Source of the DNA: Squalus acanthias
Lineage: Eukaryota
Length of the DNA: 64,000 nt
NCBI GenBank assembly: GCA_030390025.1
Contig: CM059432.1
Coordinates: 63,924,001-63,988,000 of the forward strand
Direction of reading: 5' to 3'
Numbering within the stretch: position 1 is the first letter of the stretch; each line of letters opens with the position of its first letter. Positions 1-12,000 of the stretch are shown here, one piece after another. The notes beneath the pieces were generated by a model. It made no database searches. It was not told where the DNA came from and worked only from the letters and a program-made list of their open reading frames with translations. Position numbers and translations under genes: made by a program.

Positions 1-3000
1 CCCAGTGAGGGGGGATTAGAGGGCTGAGTGTCTCAGTGAGGGGAGATTAGAGGGCTGAGTGGCTCAGTGAGGGGGGATTAGAGGGGTGAGTGTCTCAGTG
101 AGGGGGGATTAGAGGGGTGAGTGTCACAGTGAGGGGGGATTAGAGGGGTGAGTGTCACAGTGATGGGGGGATTAGAGGGGTGAGTGTCCCAGTGAGGGGG
201 GATTAGAGAGGTGAGAATCTCACTGAGGGGGGATTAGAGGGGTGAGTGTCTCAGTGAGGGGGGATTAGAGGGGTGAGTGTCTCAGTGAGGGGGATGAGAG
301 GGGGTGAGTGTCTCAGTGAGGGGGCATTAGAGGGGGTGAGTGTCCCAGTGAGGGGGGATTAGAGGGGTGAGTGTCTCAGTGAGGGGGGATTAGAGGGGTG
401 AGTGTCTCAGTGAGGGGGATGAGAGGGGGTGAGTGTCTCAGTGAGGGGGATGAGAGGGGGTGAGTGTCTCAGTGAGGGGGATTAGAGGGGTGAGTGTCTC
501 AGTGAGGGGGGATTAGAGGGGTGAGTGTCTCAGTGAGGGGGATGAGAGGGGGTGAGTCTCTCAGTGAGGGTGTTTAGAGGGGTGAGTGTCCCAGTGAGGG
601 GGGATTAGAGGGCTGAGTGTCTCAGTGAGGGGAGATTAGAGTGCTGAGTGTCTCAGTGAGGGGAGATTAGAGGGGTGAGTGTCTCAGTGAGGGGGGATTA
701 GAGGGGTGAGTGTCCCAGTGAGGGGGGATTAGAGGGGTGAGTGTCACAGTGATGGGGGGATTAGAGGGGGTGAGTGTCTCAGTGAGGGGGATTAGAGGGG
801 TGAGTCTCTCAGTGAGGGGGGATTAGAGGGGGTGAGTGTCTCAGTGAGGGGGGATTAGAGGGGTGAGTGTCCCAGTGAGGGGGGATTAGAGGGGTGAGTG
901 TCTCAGTGAGGGAGGATGAGAGGGGTGAATGTCTCATTGAGGTGGATTAGTGGGGGTGAGTGTCACAGTGAGGGGGGATTAGAGGGGTGAGTGTCTCAGT
1001 GAGGAGGAATTAGAGGGGGTAAGTGTCTCAGTGAGGGGGGATTAGAGAGGTGAGTGTCTCAGTGAGGGAGGATGAGAGGGGTGAGTGTCTCATTGAGGTG
1101 GATTAGTGGGGGTGAGTGTCACAGTGAGGGGGGATTAGAGGGGTGAGTGTCTCAGTGAGGAGGTATTAGAGGGGGTAAGTGTCTCAGTGAGGGGGGATTA
1201 GAGGGGTGAGTGACTCAGTGAGGGGGGATTAGAGGGGTGAGTGTCTCAGTGAGGGTGGATTAGAGGGGTGAGTGTCTCAGTGAGGGGGGATTAGAGGGGT
1301 GAGTGTCTCAGTGAGGGGAATGAGAGGGGGTGAGTGTCTCAGTGAGGGGGATTAGAGGGGTGAGTATCTCAGTGAGGGGGATTAGAGGGGTGAGTGTCTC
1401 AGTGAGGGGGATTAGAGGGGTGAGTGTCTCAGTGAGGGGGATTAGAGGGGTGAGTGTCTCAGTGAGGGGGATGAGAGGGGGTGAGTGTCTCAGTGAGGGG
1501 GGATTAGAGGGGTGAGTGTCTCAGTGAGGGGGATTAGAGGGGTGAGTGTCCCAGTGAGGGGGGATTAGAGGGGTGAGTGTCTCAGTGAGGGGGGATTAGA
1601 GGGGTGAGTGTCTCAGTGAGGGGGGATTAGAGGGGTGACTGTCTCAGTGAGGGGGGATGAGAGGGGTGAGTGTCCCAGTGAGGGGGGATTAGAGGGGTGA
1701 GTGTCACAGTGAAGGGGGGATTAGAGGGGGTGAGTGTCTCAGTGAGGGGGGATTAGAGGGGGTGAGTGTCTCAGTGAGGGGGGATTAGAGGGGTGAGTGT
1801 CTCAGTGAGAGGGGATTAGAGGGGTGAGTGTCCCAGTGAGGGGGGATTAGAGGGGTGAGTGTCTCAGTGAGGATGGATTAGAGGGGTGAGTGTCTCAGTG
1901 AGGGAGGATGAGAGGGGTGAGTGTCTCATTGAGGTGGATTAGTGGGGGTGAGTGTCACAGTGAGGGGGGATTAGAGGGGTGAGTGTCTCAGTGAGGAGGA
2001 ATTAGAGGGGGTAAGTGTCTCAGTGAGGGGGGATTAGAGGGCTGAGTGTCTCAGTGAGGGGGGATTAGAGGGGTGAGTGTCTCAGTGAGGGAGGATGAGA
2101 GGGGTGAGTGTCTCATTGAGGTGGATTAGTGGGGGTGAGTGTCACAGTGAGGGGGGATTAGAGGGGTGAGTGTCTCAGTGAGGAGGTATTAGAGGGTGTA
2201 AGTGTCTCAGAGAGGGGGCATTAGAGGGGGTGAGTGTCCCAGTGAGGGGGGATTAGAGAGGTGAGAATCTCACTGAGGGGAGATTAGAGGGGTGAGTGTC
2301 TCAGTGAGGGGGGATTAGAGGGCTGAGTGGCTCAGTGAGGGGGGATTAGAGGGGTGAGTGTCTCAGTGAGGGGGGATTAGAGGGGTGAGTGTCCCAGTGA
2401 GGGGGGATTAGAGGGTTGAGTCTCTCAGTGAGGGGGGATTAGAGGGGGTGAGTGTCTCAGTGAGGGGGGATTAGAGGGGTGAGTGTCTCAGTGAAGGGGG
2501 ATTAGAGGGGTGAGTGTCTCAGTGAGGGAGGATGAGAGGGGTGAGTGTGTCATTGAGGTGGATTAGTGGGGGTGAGTGTCACAGTGAGGGGGGATTAGAG
2601 GGGTGAGTGTATCAGTGAGGAGGAATTAGAGGGGGTAAGTGTCTCAGTGAGGGGGGATTAGAGGGCTGAGTGTCTCAGTGAGGGGGGATTAGAGGGGTGA
2701 GTGTCTCATTGAGGTGGATTAGTGGGGGTGAGAGTCACAGTGAGGGGGATTAGAGGGGTGAGTGTCTCAGTGAGGAGGTATTAGAGGGGGTAAGTGTCTC
2801 AGTGAGGGGGGATTAGAGGGGTGAGTGACTCAGTGAGTGGGGATTAGAGGGGTGAGTGACTCAGTGAGGGTGGATTAGAGGGGTGAGTGTCTCAGAGACG
2901 GGGGATTAGAGGGGTGAGTGTCTCAGTGAGGGGGGATTAGAGGGGTGAGTGTCTCAGAGAGGGGGCATTAGAGGGGGTGAGTATCCCAGTGAGGGGTATT

Positions 3001-6000
3001 AGAGAGGTGAGAATCTCACTGAGGGCGGATTAGAGGGGTGAGTTTCTCAGTGAGGGGGGATTAGAGGGGTGAGTTTCTCAGTGAGGGGGATTAGAGGGGT
3101 GAGTGTCTCAGTGAGGGGGATGAGAGGGGGTGAGTTTCTCAGTGAGGGGGGATTAGAGGGGTGAGTGTCTCAGTGAGGGGGGATTAGAGGGGTGAGTGTC
3201 TCAGTGAGGGGGGATTAGAGGGGTGAGTGTCTCAGTGAGGGGGGATTAGAGGGGTGAGTGTCTCAGTGAGGGGGGATTAGAGGGGTGAGTGTCTCAGTGT
3301 GGGGGATAAGAGGGGGTGAGTGTCTCAGTGAGGGGGATTAGAGGTGTGAGTGTCTCAGTGAGGGGGATTAGAGGGGTGAGTGTCCCCGTGAGGGGGGATT
3401 AGAGGGCTGAGTGTCTCAGTGAGGGGAGATTAGAGGGCTGAGTGTCTCAGTGAGGGGGGATTAGAGGGGTGAGTGTCTCAGTGAGGGGGGATTAGAGGGG
3501 TGAGTGTCCCAGTGAGGGGGGATTAGAGGGGTGAGTGTCACAGTGAGGGGGGATTAGAGGGGTGAGTGTCTCAGTGAGGGAGGATGAGAGGGGTGAGTGT
3601 CTCATTGAGGTGGATTAGTGGGGGTGAGTGCCAGAGTGAGGGGGGATTAGAGGGGTGAGTGTCTCAGTGAGGAGGTATTAGAGGGGGTAAGTGTCTCAGT
3701 GAGGGGGGATTAGAGGGATGAGTGACTCAGTGAGGGGGATCATAGGGGGTGAGTGTCTCAGTGAGGGGGATTAGAGGGGTGAGTGTCCCAGTGAGGGGGG
3801 ATTAGAGGGCTGAGTGTCTCAGTGAGTGGGGATTAGAGGGGTGAGTGTCTCAGTGAGGGGGGATTAGAGGGGTGAGTGTCTCAGTGAGGGGGGATGAGAG
3901 GGGTGAGTGTCCCAGTGAGGGGTGATTAGAGGGGTGAGTGTCACGGTGATGGGGGGATTAGAGGGGGTGAGTCTCTCAGTGAGGGGGGATTAGAGGGGGT
4001 GAGTGTCTCAGTGAGGGGGGATTAGAGGGGTGAGTGTCTCAGTGAGAGGGGATTAGAGGGGTGAGTGTCCCAGTGAGGGGGGATTAGAGGGGTGAGTGTC
4101 TCAGTGAGGGAGGATGAGAGGGGTGAGTGTCTCATTGAGGTGGATTAGTGGGGGTGAGTGTCACAGTGAGGGGGGATTAGAGGGGTGAGTGTCTCAGTGA
4201 GGAGGAATTAGAGGGGTGAGTGTCTCAGTGAGGGGGAATTAGAGTGGTGAGTGTCTCAGTGAGGGGGGATAAGAGGGGTGAGTGTCTCAGTGAGGGGACA
4301 TTAGAGGGGGTGAGTGTCCCAGTGAGGGGGGATTAGAGAGGTGAGAATCTCACTGAGGGGGATTAGAGGGGTGAGTGTCACAGTGATGGTGGGATTAGAG
4401 GGGTGAGTCTCTCAGTGAGGGGGGATTAGAGGGGGGGAGTGTTTCAGTGAGAGGGGATTAGAGGGGTGAGTGTCACAGTGATGGGGGAATTAGAGGGGTG
4501 AGTCTCTCAGTCAGGAGGGATTAGAGGGGTGAGTGTCACAGTGATGGGGGGATTAGAGGGGTGAGTCTCTCAGTGAGGGGGGATTAGAGGGGGGGAGTGT
4601 CTCAGTGATGGGGGATTAGAGGGGTGAGTGTCTCAGTGAGGGGGGATTAGAGGGTTGAGTGTCTCAGTGAGGGGGTATTAGAGGGGTGAGTATCTCAGTG
4701 AGAGGGGATTAGAGGGGTGAGTGTCTCAGTGAGAGAGGATTAGAGGAGTGAGTGTCTCAGTGAGGGGGGATTAGAGGGGAGATTTTCTCAGTGAGGGGGA
4801 TTAGAGGTGTGAGTGTCCCAGTGAGGGAAGATTAGAGGAGTAAATGTCCCAGTGAGGGGAGATTAGAGGAGTAAATGTCTCAGTGAGGGGGGATTAGAGG
4901 GGGGGAGTGTCTCAGTGAGAGGGGATTAGAGGGGTGAGTGTCACAGTGATGGGTGAATTAGAGGGGTGAGTCTCTCAGTGAGGGGGGATTAGAGGGGTGA
5001 GTGTCACAGTGATGGGGGGATTAGAGGGGTGAGTCTCTCAGTGAGGGGGGATTAGAGGGGGGGAGTCTCTCAGTGAGAGGGGATTAGAGGGGTGAGTGTC
5101 CCAGTGAGGGGGGATTAGAGGGGGTAAATTTCTCAGTGAGGGGGGATTAGAGGGGTGAGTGTCTCAGTGAGGGGGGATTAGAGGGGTTGCGTGTCTCAGT
5201 GAGGGGGGATTAGAGGGGATGCGTGTTTTAGTGAGGGGGGATTAGAGGGGTGAGTGTCTCAGTGAGAGAGGATTAGAGGGGATGAGTGACTCAGTGAGGG
5301 GGGATTAGAGGGAATGCGTGTCTCAGTGAGGGGGGATTAGAGGGGAGAGTTTCTCAGTGAGAGAGGATTAGAGGGGATGAGTGACTCAGTGAGGGGGGAT
5401 TAGAGGGGAGAGTTTCTCAGTGAGGGGGATTAGAGGGGTGAGTGTCCAAGTGAGGAGGGATTAGAGGGGTGAGTGTCTCAGTGAGGGGGTATTGGAGGGG
5501 TGAGTGTCTCAGTGAGGGGGGATTAGAGGGGTGAGTGTCTCAGTGAGGGTGGATTAGAGGGGTGAGTGTCTCAGTGAGGGGTGATTAGAGGGGTGAGTGT
5601 CTCAGTGAGGGGGTTTAGAGGGGTGAGTGTCTCAGTGAGTGTGGATTAGAGGGGTGAGTGACTCAGTGAAGGTGGATTAGAGGGGTGAGTGTCTCAGAGA
5701 GGGGGGATTAGAGGGGTGAGTGTCCCAGTGAGGGAAGATTAGAGGAGTAAATGTCCCAGTGAGGGGAGATTAGAGGAGTAAATGTCTCAGTGAGGGGGTT
5801 TAGAGGGGTGAGTGTCTCAGTGAGGGGGGATTAGAGGGGTGAGTGTCTCAGTGAGAGGGGATTAGAGGGTTGAGTGTCTCAGTGAGAGGGGATTAGAGGG
5901 GTGAGTGTCTCAGTGAGGGGGAATTAGAGTGGTGAGTGTCTCAGTGAGAGGGGATTAGAGGGGTGAGTGTCTCAGTCAGGGGGGATTAGAGGGGTGAGTG

Positions 6001-9000
6001 TCTCAGTGAGGGGGCATTAGAGAGGGTGAGTGTCTCAGTGAGGGGGGATTAGAGAGGTGAGAATCTCACTGAGGGGGGATTAGAGGGGTGAGTGTCACAG
6101 TGATGGGGGGATTAGAGGGGTGAGTGTCACAGTGATGGGGGGATTAGAGGGGTGAGTCTCTCAGTGAGGGGGGATTAGAGGGGTGAGTGTCTCAGTGAGG
6201 GGGGATTAGAGGGGGTAAATTTCTCAGTGAGGGGGGATTAGAGGGGTGAGTGTCACAGTGATGGGGGGATTAGAGGGGTGAGTCTCTCAGTGAGGGGGGA
6301 TTAGAGGGGTGAGTGTCTCAGTGAGGGGGGATTAGAGGGGATGCGTGTCTCAGTGAGGGGGGATTGGAGGGGATGCGTGTCTTAGTGAGGGGGGATTAGA
6401 GGGGTGAGTGTCTCAGTGAGGGCGGATTAGAGGGGTGAGTGTCTCAGTGAGGGGGGATTAGAGGGATGAGTGTCTCAGTGAGGGGGGATTAGAGGGGTGA
6501 GTGTCTCAGTGAGGGGGGATTAGAGGGGTGAGTGTCTCAGTGAGGGGGGATTAGAGGGGTGAGTGTCTCAGTGAGGGGGGATTAGAGGGGAGAGTTTCTC
6601 AGTGAGGGGGATTAGAGGGGTGAGTGTCCCAGTGAGGAGGGATTAGAGGGGTGAGTGTCTCAGTGAGGGGGGATTAGAGGGGTGAGTGTCTCAGTGAGGG
6701 GGGATTAGAGGGGTGAGTGTCCCAGTGAGGGAAGATTAGAGGAGTAAATGTCCCAGTGAGGGGAGATTAGAGGAGTAAATGTCTCAGTGTGGGGGGATTA
6801 GAGGGGGGGAGTGTCTCAGTGAGAGGGGATTAGAGGGGTGAGTGTCACAGTGATGGGGGAATTAGAGGGGTGAGTCTTTCAATGAGGGGGGATTAGAGGG
6901 GTGAGAGTCACAGTGATGGGGGGATTAGAGGGGTGAGTGTCCCAGTGAGGGGGGATTAGAGGGGGCAAATTTCTCAGTGAGGGGGGATTAGATGGGTGAG
7001 TGTCTCAGTGAGTAGGGATTAGAGGGGATGCGTGTCTTCGTGAGGGGGGATTAGAGGGGTGAGTCTCTCAGTGAGGAGGGATTAGAGGGGTGAGCGTCAC
7101 AGTGATGGGGGGATTAGAGGGGTGAGTCTCTCAGTGAGGGGGGATTAGAGGTGTGAGTGTCTCAGTGAGGGGGGATTAGATGGGTGAGTGTCTCAGTGAG
7201 TGGGGATTAGAGGGGATGCGTGTCTTAGTGAGGGGGGATTAGAGGGGTGAGTGTCTCAGTGAGAGGGGATTAGAGGGGTGAGTGTCCCAGTGAGGGGGGA
7301 TTAGATGGGTGAGTGTCTCAGTGAGTGGGGATTAGAGGGGATGCGTGTCTTAGTGAGGGGGGATTAGAGGGGTGAGTGTCTCAGTGATGGGGGATTAGAG
7401 GGTATGCGTGTCTCAGTGAGGGGGGATTAGAGGGGAGAGTTTCTCAGTGAGGGGGGATTAGTGGGGTGAGTGTCTCAGTGAGGGGGGATTAGAGGGTTGA
7501 GTGTCCCAGTGAAGGGGAATTAGAGGGGTGAGTGTCTCAGTGAAGGGGGATTATAGGGGTGAGTGTCCCAGTGAGGGGGGATTAGAGGGGATGAGTGTCT
7601 CAGTGAGGGGGGATTAGAGGGGAGAGTTTCTCAGTGAGGGGAATTAGAGGGGTGAGTGTCCCAGTGAGGGGGGATTAGAGGGGTGAGTGTCCCAGTGAAG
7701 GGGGATTATAGGGGTGAGTGTCCCAGTGAGGGGGGATTAGAGGGGATGAGTGTCTCAGTGAGGGGGGATTAGAGGGGAGAGTTTCTCAGTGAGGGGAATT
7801 AGAGGGGTGAGTGTCCCAGTGAGGAGGGATTAAAGGGGTGAGTGTCTCAGTGAGGGGGGATTAGAGGAGTAAATGTCGCAGTGAGGGGAGAGTAGAGGAG
7901 TAAATGTCTCAGTGAGGGGGGTTTAGAGGGGTGAGTGTCTCAGTGAGGGGGGATTAGAGGGGTGAGTGTCTCAGTGAGGGTGGATTAGAGGGGTGAGTGT
8001 CTCAGTGAGGGGTGATTAGAGGGGTGAGTGTCTCAGTGAGGGGGTTTAGAGGGGTGAGTGTCTCAGTGAGTGTGGATTAGAGGGGTGAGTGACTCAGTGA
8101 AGGTGGATTAGAGGGGTGAGTGTCTCAGAGAGGGGGGATTAGAGGGGTGAGTGTCTCAGTGAGAGGGGATTAGAGGGTTGAGTGTCTCAGTGAGGGGGGA
8201 TGAGAGGGGCGAGTGTCTCAGTGAGGGGGGATGAGAGGGGCGAGTGTCTCAGTGAGGGGAGATTAGAGGGGCGAGTGTCCCAGTGAGGGAAGATTAGAGG
8301 AGTAAATGTCCCAGTGAGGGGAGATTAGAGGAGTAAATGTCTCAGTGAGGGGGTTTAGAGGGGTGAGTGTCTCAGTGAGGGGGGATTAGAGGGGTGAGTG
8401 TCTCAGTGAGAGGGGATTAGAGGGTTGAGTGTCTCAGTGAGGGGGGATGAGAGGGGCGAGTGTCTCAGTGAGGGTGTTTAGAGGGGTGAGTGTCTCAGTG
8501 AGGGGAGATTAGAGGGGTGAGTGTCTCAGTGAGGGGGAATTAGAGTGGTGAGTGTCTCAGTGAGAGGGGATTAGAGGGGTGAGTGTCTCAGTCAGGGGGG
8601 ATTAGAGGGGTGAGTGTCTCAGTGAGGGGGCATTAGAGAGGGTGAGTGTCTCAGTGAGGGGGGATTAGAGAGGTGAGAATCTCACTGAGGGGGGATTAGA
8701 GGGGTGAGTGTCACAGTGATGGGGGGATTAGAGGGGTGAGTGTCACAGTGATGGGGGGATTAGAGGGGTGAGTCTCTCAGTGAGGGGGGATTAGAGGGGT
8801 GAGTGTCTCAGTGAGGGGGGATTAGAGGGGGTAAATTTCTCAGTGAGGGGGGATTAGAGGGGTGAGTGTCACAGTGATGGGGGGATTAGAGGGGTGAGTC
8901 TCTCAGTGAGGGGGGATTAGAGGGGTGAGTGTCTCAGTGAGGGGGGATTAGAGGGGATGCGTGTCTCAGTGAGGGGGGATTAGAGGGGATGCGTGTCTCA

Positions 9001-12000
9001 GTGAGGGGGGATTAGAGGGGTGAGTGTCTCAGTGAGGGGGGATTAGAGGGATGAGTGTCTCAGTGAAGGGGGATTAGAGGGGTGAGTGTCTCAGTGAGGG
9101 GGGATTAGAGGGGATGCGTGTCTCAGTGAGGGGGGATTAGAGGGATGAGTGTCTCAGTGAGGGGGGATTAGAGGGGTGAGTGTCTCAGTGAGGGGGGATT
9201 AGAGGGGTGAGGGTCTCAGTGAGGGGGGATTAGAGGGGTGAGTGTCTCAGTGAGGGGGGATTAGAGGGGAGAGTTTCTCAGTGAGGGGGATTAGAGGGGT
9301 GAGTGTCCCAGTGAGGAGGGATTAGAGGGGTGAGTGTCTCAGTGAGGGGGGATTAGAGGAGTAAATGTCCCAGTGAGGGGAGATTAGAGGAGTAAATGTC
9401 TCAGTGTGGGGGGATTAGAGGGGGGGAGTGTCTCAGTGAGAGGGGATTAGAGGGTGAGTGTCACAGTGATGGGGGAATTAGAGGGGTGAGTCTTTCAATG
9501 AGGGGGGATTAGAGGGGTGAGAGTCACAGTGATGGGGGGATTAGAGGGGTGAGTGTCCCAGTGAGGGGGGATTAGAGGGGGCAAATTTCTCAGTGAGGGG
9601 GGATTAGATGGGTGAGTGTCTCAGTGAGTAGGGATTAGAGGGGATGCGTGTCTTCGTGAGGGGGGATTAGAGGGGTGAGTCTCTCAGTGAGGAGGGATTA
9701 GAGGGGTGAGCGTCACAGTGATGGGGGGATTAGAGGGGTGAGTGTCTCAGTGAGGGGGGATTAGATGGGTGAGTGTCTCACTGAGGGGGGATTAGAGTGG
9801 TGAGTGTCTCAGTGAGAGGGGATTAGAGGGGTGAGTGTCCCAGTGAGGGGGGATTAGAGGGGATGCGTGTCTTAGTGAGGGGGGATTAGAGGGGTGAGTG
9901 TCTCAGTGATGGGGGATTAGAGGGTATGCGTGTCTCAGTGAGGGGGGATTAGAGGGGAGAGTTTCTCAGTGAGGGGGGATTAGTGGGGTGAGTGTCTCAG
10001 TGAGGGGGGATTAGAGGGTTGAGTGTCCCAGTGAAGGGGAATTAGAGGGGTGAGTGTCTCAGTGAAGGGGGATTATAGGGGTGAGTGTCCCAGTGAGGGG
10101 GGATTAGAGGGGATGAGTGTCTCAGTGAGGGGGGATTAGAGGGGAGAGTTTCTCAGTGAGGGGAATTAGAGGGGTGAGTGTCCCAGTGAGGGGGGATTAG
10201 AGGGGTGAGTGTCCCAGTGAAGGGGGATTATAGGGGTGAGTGTCCCAGTGAGGGGGGATTAGAGGGGATGAGTGTCTCAGTGAGGGGGGATTAGAGGGGA
10301 GAGTTTCTCAGTGAGGGGAATTAGAGGGGTGAGTGTCCCAGTGAGGAGGGATTAAAGGGGTGAGTGTCTCAGTGAGGGGGGATTAGAGGAGTAAATGTCG
10401 CAGTGAGGGGAGAGTAGAGGAGTAAATGTCTCAGTGAGGGGGGTTTAGAGGGGTGAGTGTCTCAGTGAGGGGGGATTAGAGGGGTGAGTGTCTCAGTGAG
10501 GGGGTTTAGAGGGGTGAGTGTCTCAGTGAGGGGAGATTAGAGGGCTGAGTGTCTCAGTGAGGGGGGATTAGAGTGGTGCGTGTCTCAGTAAGGGGGGATT
10601 AGAGGGCTGAGTGTCTCAGTGAGGGGGGATTAGAGTGGTGCGTGTCTCAGTGAGGGGTGATTAGAGGGGCGAGTGTCCCAGTGAGGGGGGATTAGAGGGG
10701 CGAGTGTCTCAGTGAGGGGGAATTAGAGTGGTGAGTGTCTCAGTGAGGGGGGATTAGAGGGGTGAGTGTCACAGTGAGGGGGGATTAGAGGGGTGAGTGT
10801 CTCAGTGAGGGGGGATTAGAGGGGTGAGTGTCTCAGTGAGGAAGGATTAGAGGGGTGAGTGTCTCAGTGAGGGGGGATTAGAGGGATGAGTGTCTCAGTG
10901 AGGGCGTTTAGAGGGGTGAGTGTCTCAGTGAGGGGGAATTAGAGTGGTGAGTGTCACAGTGAGGGGGGATTAGAGGGGTGAGTGTCTCAGTGAGGGGGGA
11001 TTAGAGGGGCGAGTGTCCCAGTGAAGGGGGTTTAGAGGGGTGAGTGTCTCAGTGAGGGGGATTAGAGGGGTGAGTGTCTCAGTGAGGGGGAATTAGAGTG
11101 GTGAGTGTCACAGTGAGGGGGGATTAGAGGGGTGAGTGTCTCAGTGAGGGGGGATTAGAGGGGCGAGTGTCCCAGTGAAGGGGGATTAGAGGGGTGAGTG
11201 TCCCAGTGAGGGGGGATTAGAGGGGCGAGTGTCTCAGTGAGGGGGAATTAGAGGGGTGAGTGTCTCAGTGAGGGGGATTAGAGGGGTGAGTGTCTCAGTG
11301 AGGGGGAATTAGAGTGGTGAGTGTCACAGTGAGGGGGGATTAGAGGGGCGAGTGTCTCAGTGAGGGGGAATTAGAGGGGTGAGTGTCTCAGTGAGGGGGA
11401 ATTAGAGGGGTGAGTGTCTCAGTGAGGGGGATTAGAGGGGTGAGTGTCTCAGTGAGGAAGGATTAGAGGGGTGAGTGTCTCAGTGAGGGGGGATTAGAGG
11501 GATGAGTGTCTCAGTGAGGGGGATTAGAGGGGTGAGTCTCTCATTGAGGGGGTTTTGAGGGGTGAGTGTCTCAGTGAGGGGGGATTAGAGTGGTGAGTGT
11601 CTCAGTGAGGGGGGATTAGTGGGGATGAGTGTCTCACTGAGGGGGGATTAGAGGGGTGAGTGTCTGAGTGAGGGGGGATTAGAGGGGTGAGGGTCTCAGT
11701 GAGGGGGGATTAGAGGGGTGAGTGTCTCAGTGAGGGGGGATTAGAGGGGTGAGTTTCTCAGAGAGGGGGATTAGAGGGGTGAGTTTCACAGAGGGGGGGA
11801 TTAGAGGGGTGAGTGTCTCAGTGAGGGGGGATTAGAGGGGTGAGTGTCCCAGTGAGGGGGGATTAGAGGGGTGAGTTTCTCAGAGAGGGGGATTAGAGGG
11901 GGGAGTGTCTCAGTAAGGGTGATTAGAGGGGTGAGTGTCTCAGTGAGGGGGTATTAGACGGGTGAGTGTCTCAGTGAGGGGGGATTAGAAGAGTGAGTGT

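Noticed and set aside
1330..1515. 61-aa repetitive ORF (VSVRGIRG)n
   Set aside because: Arises from a run of 30-bp satellite variants that happen to keep frame; no coding evidence.
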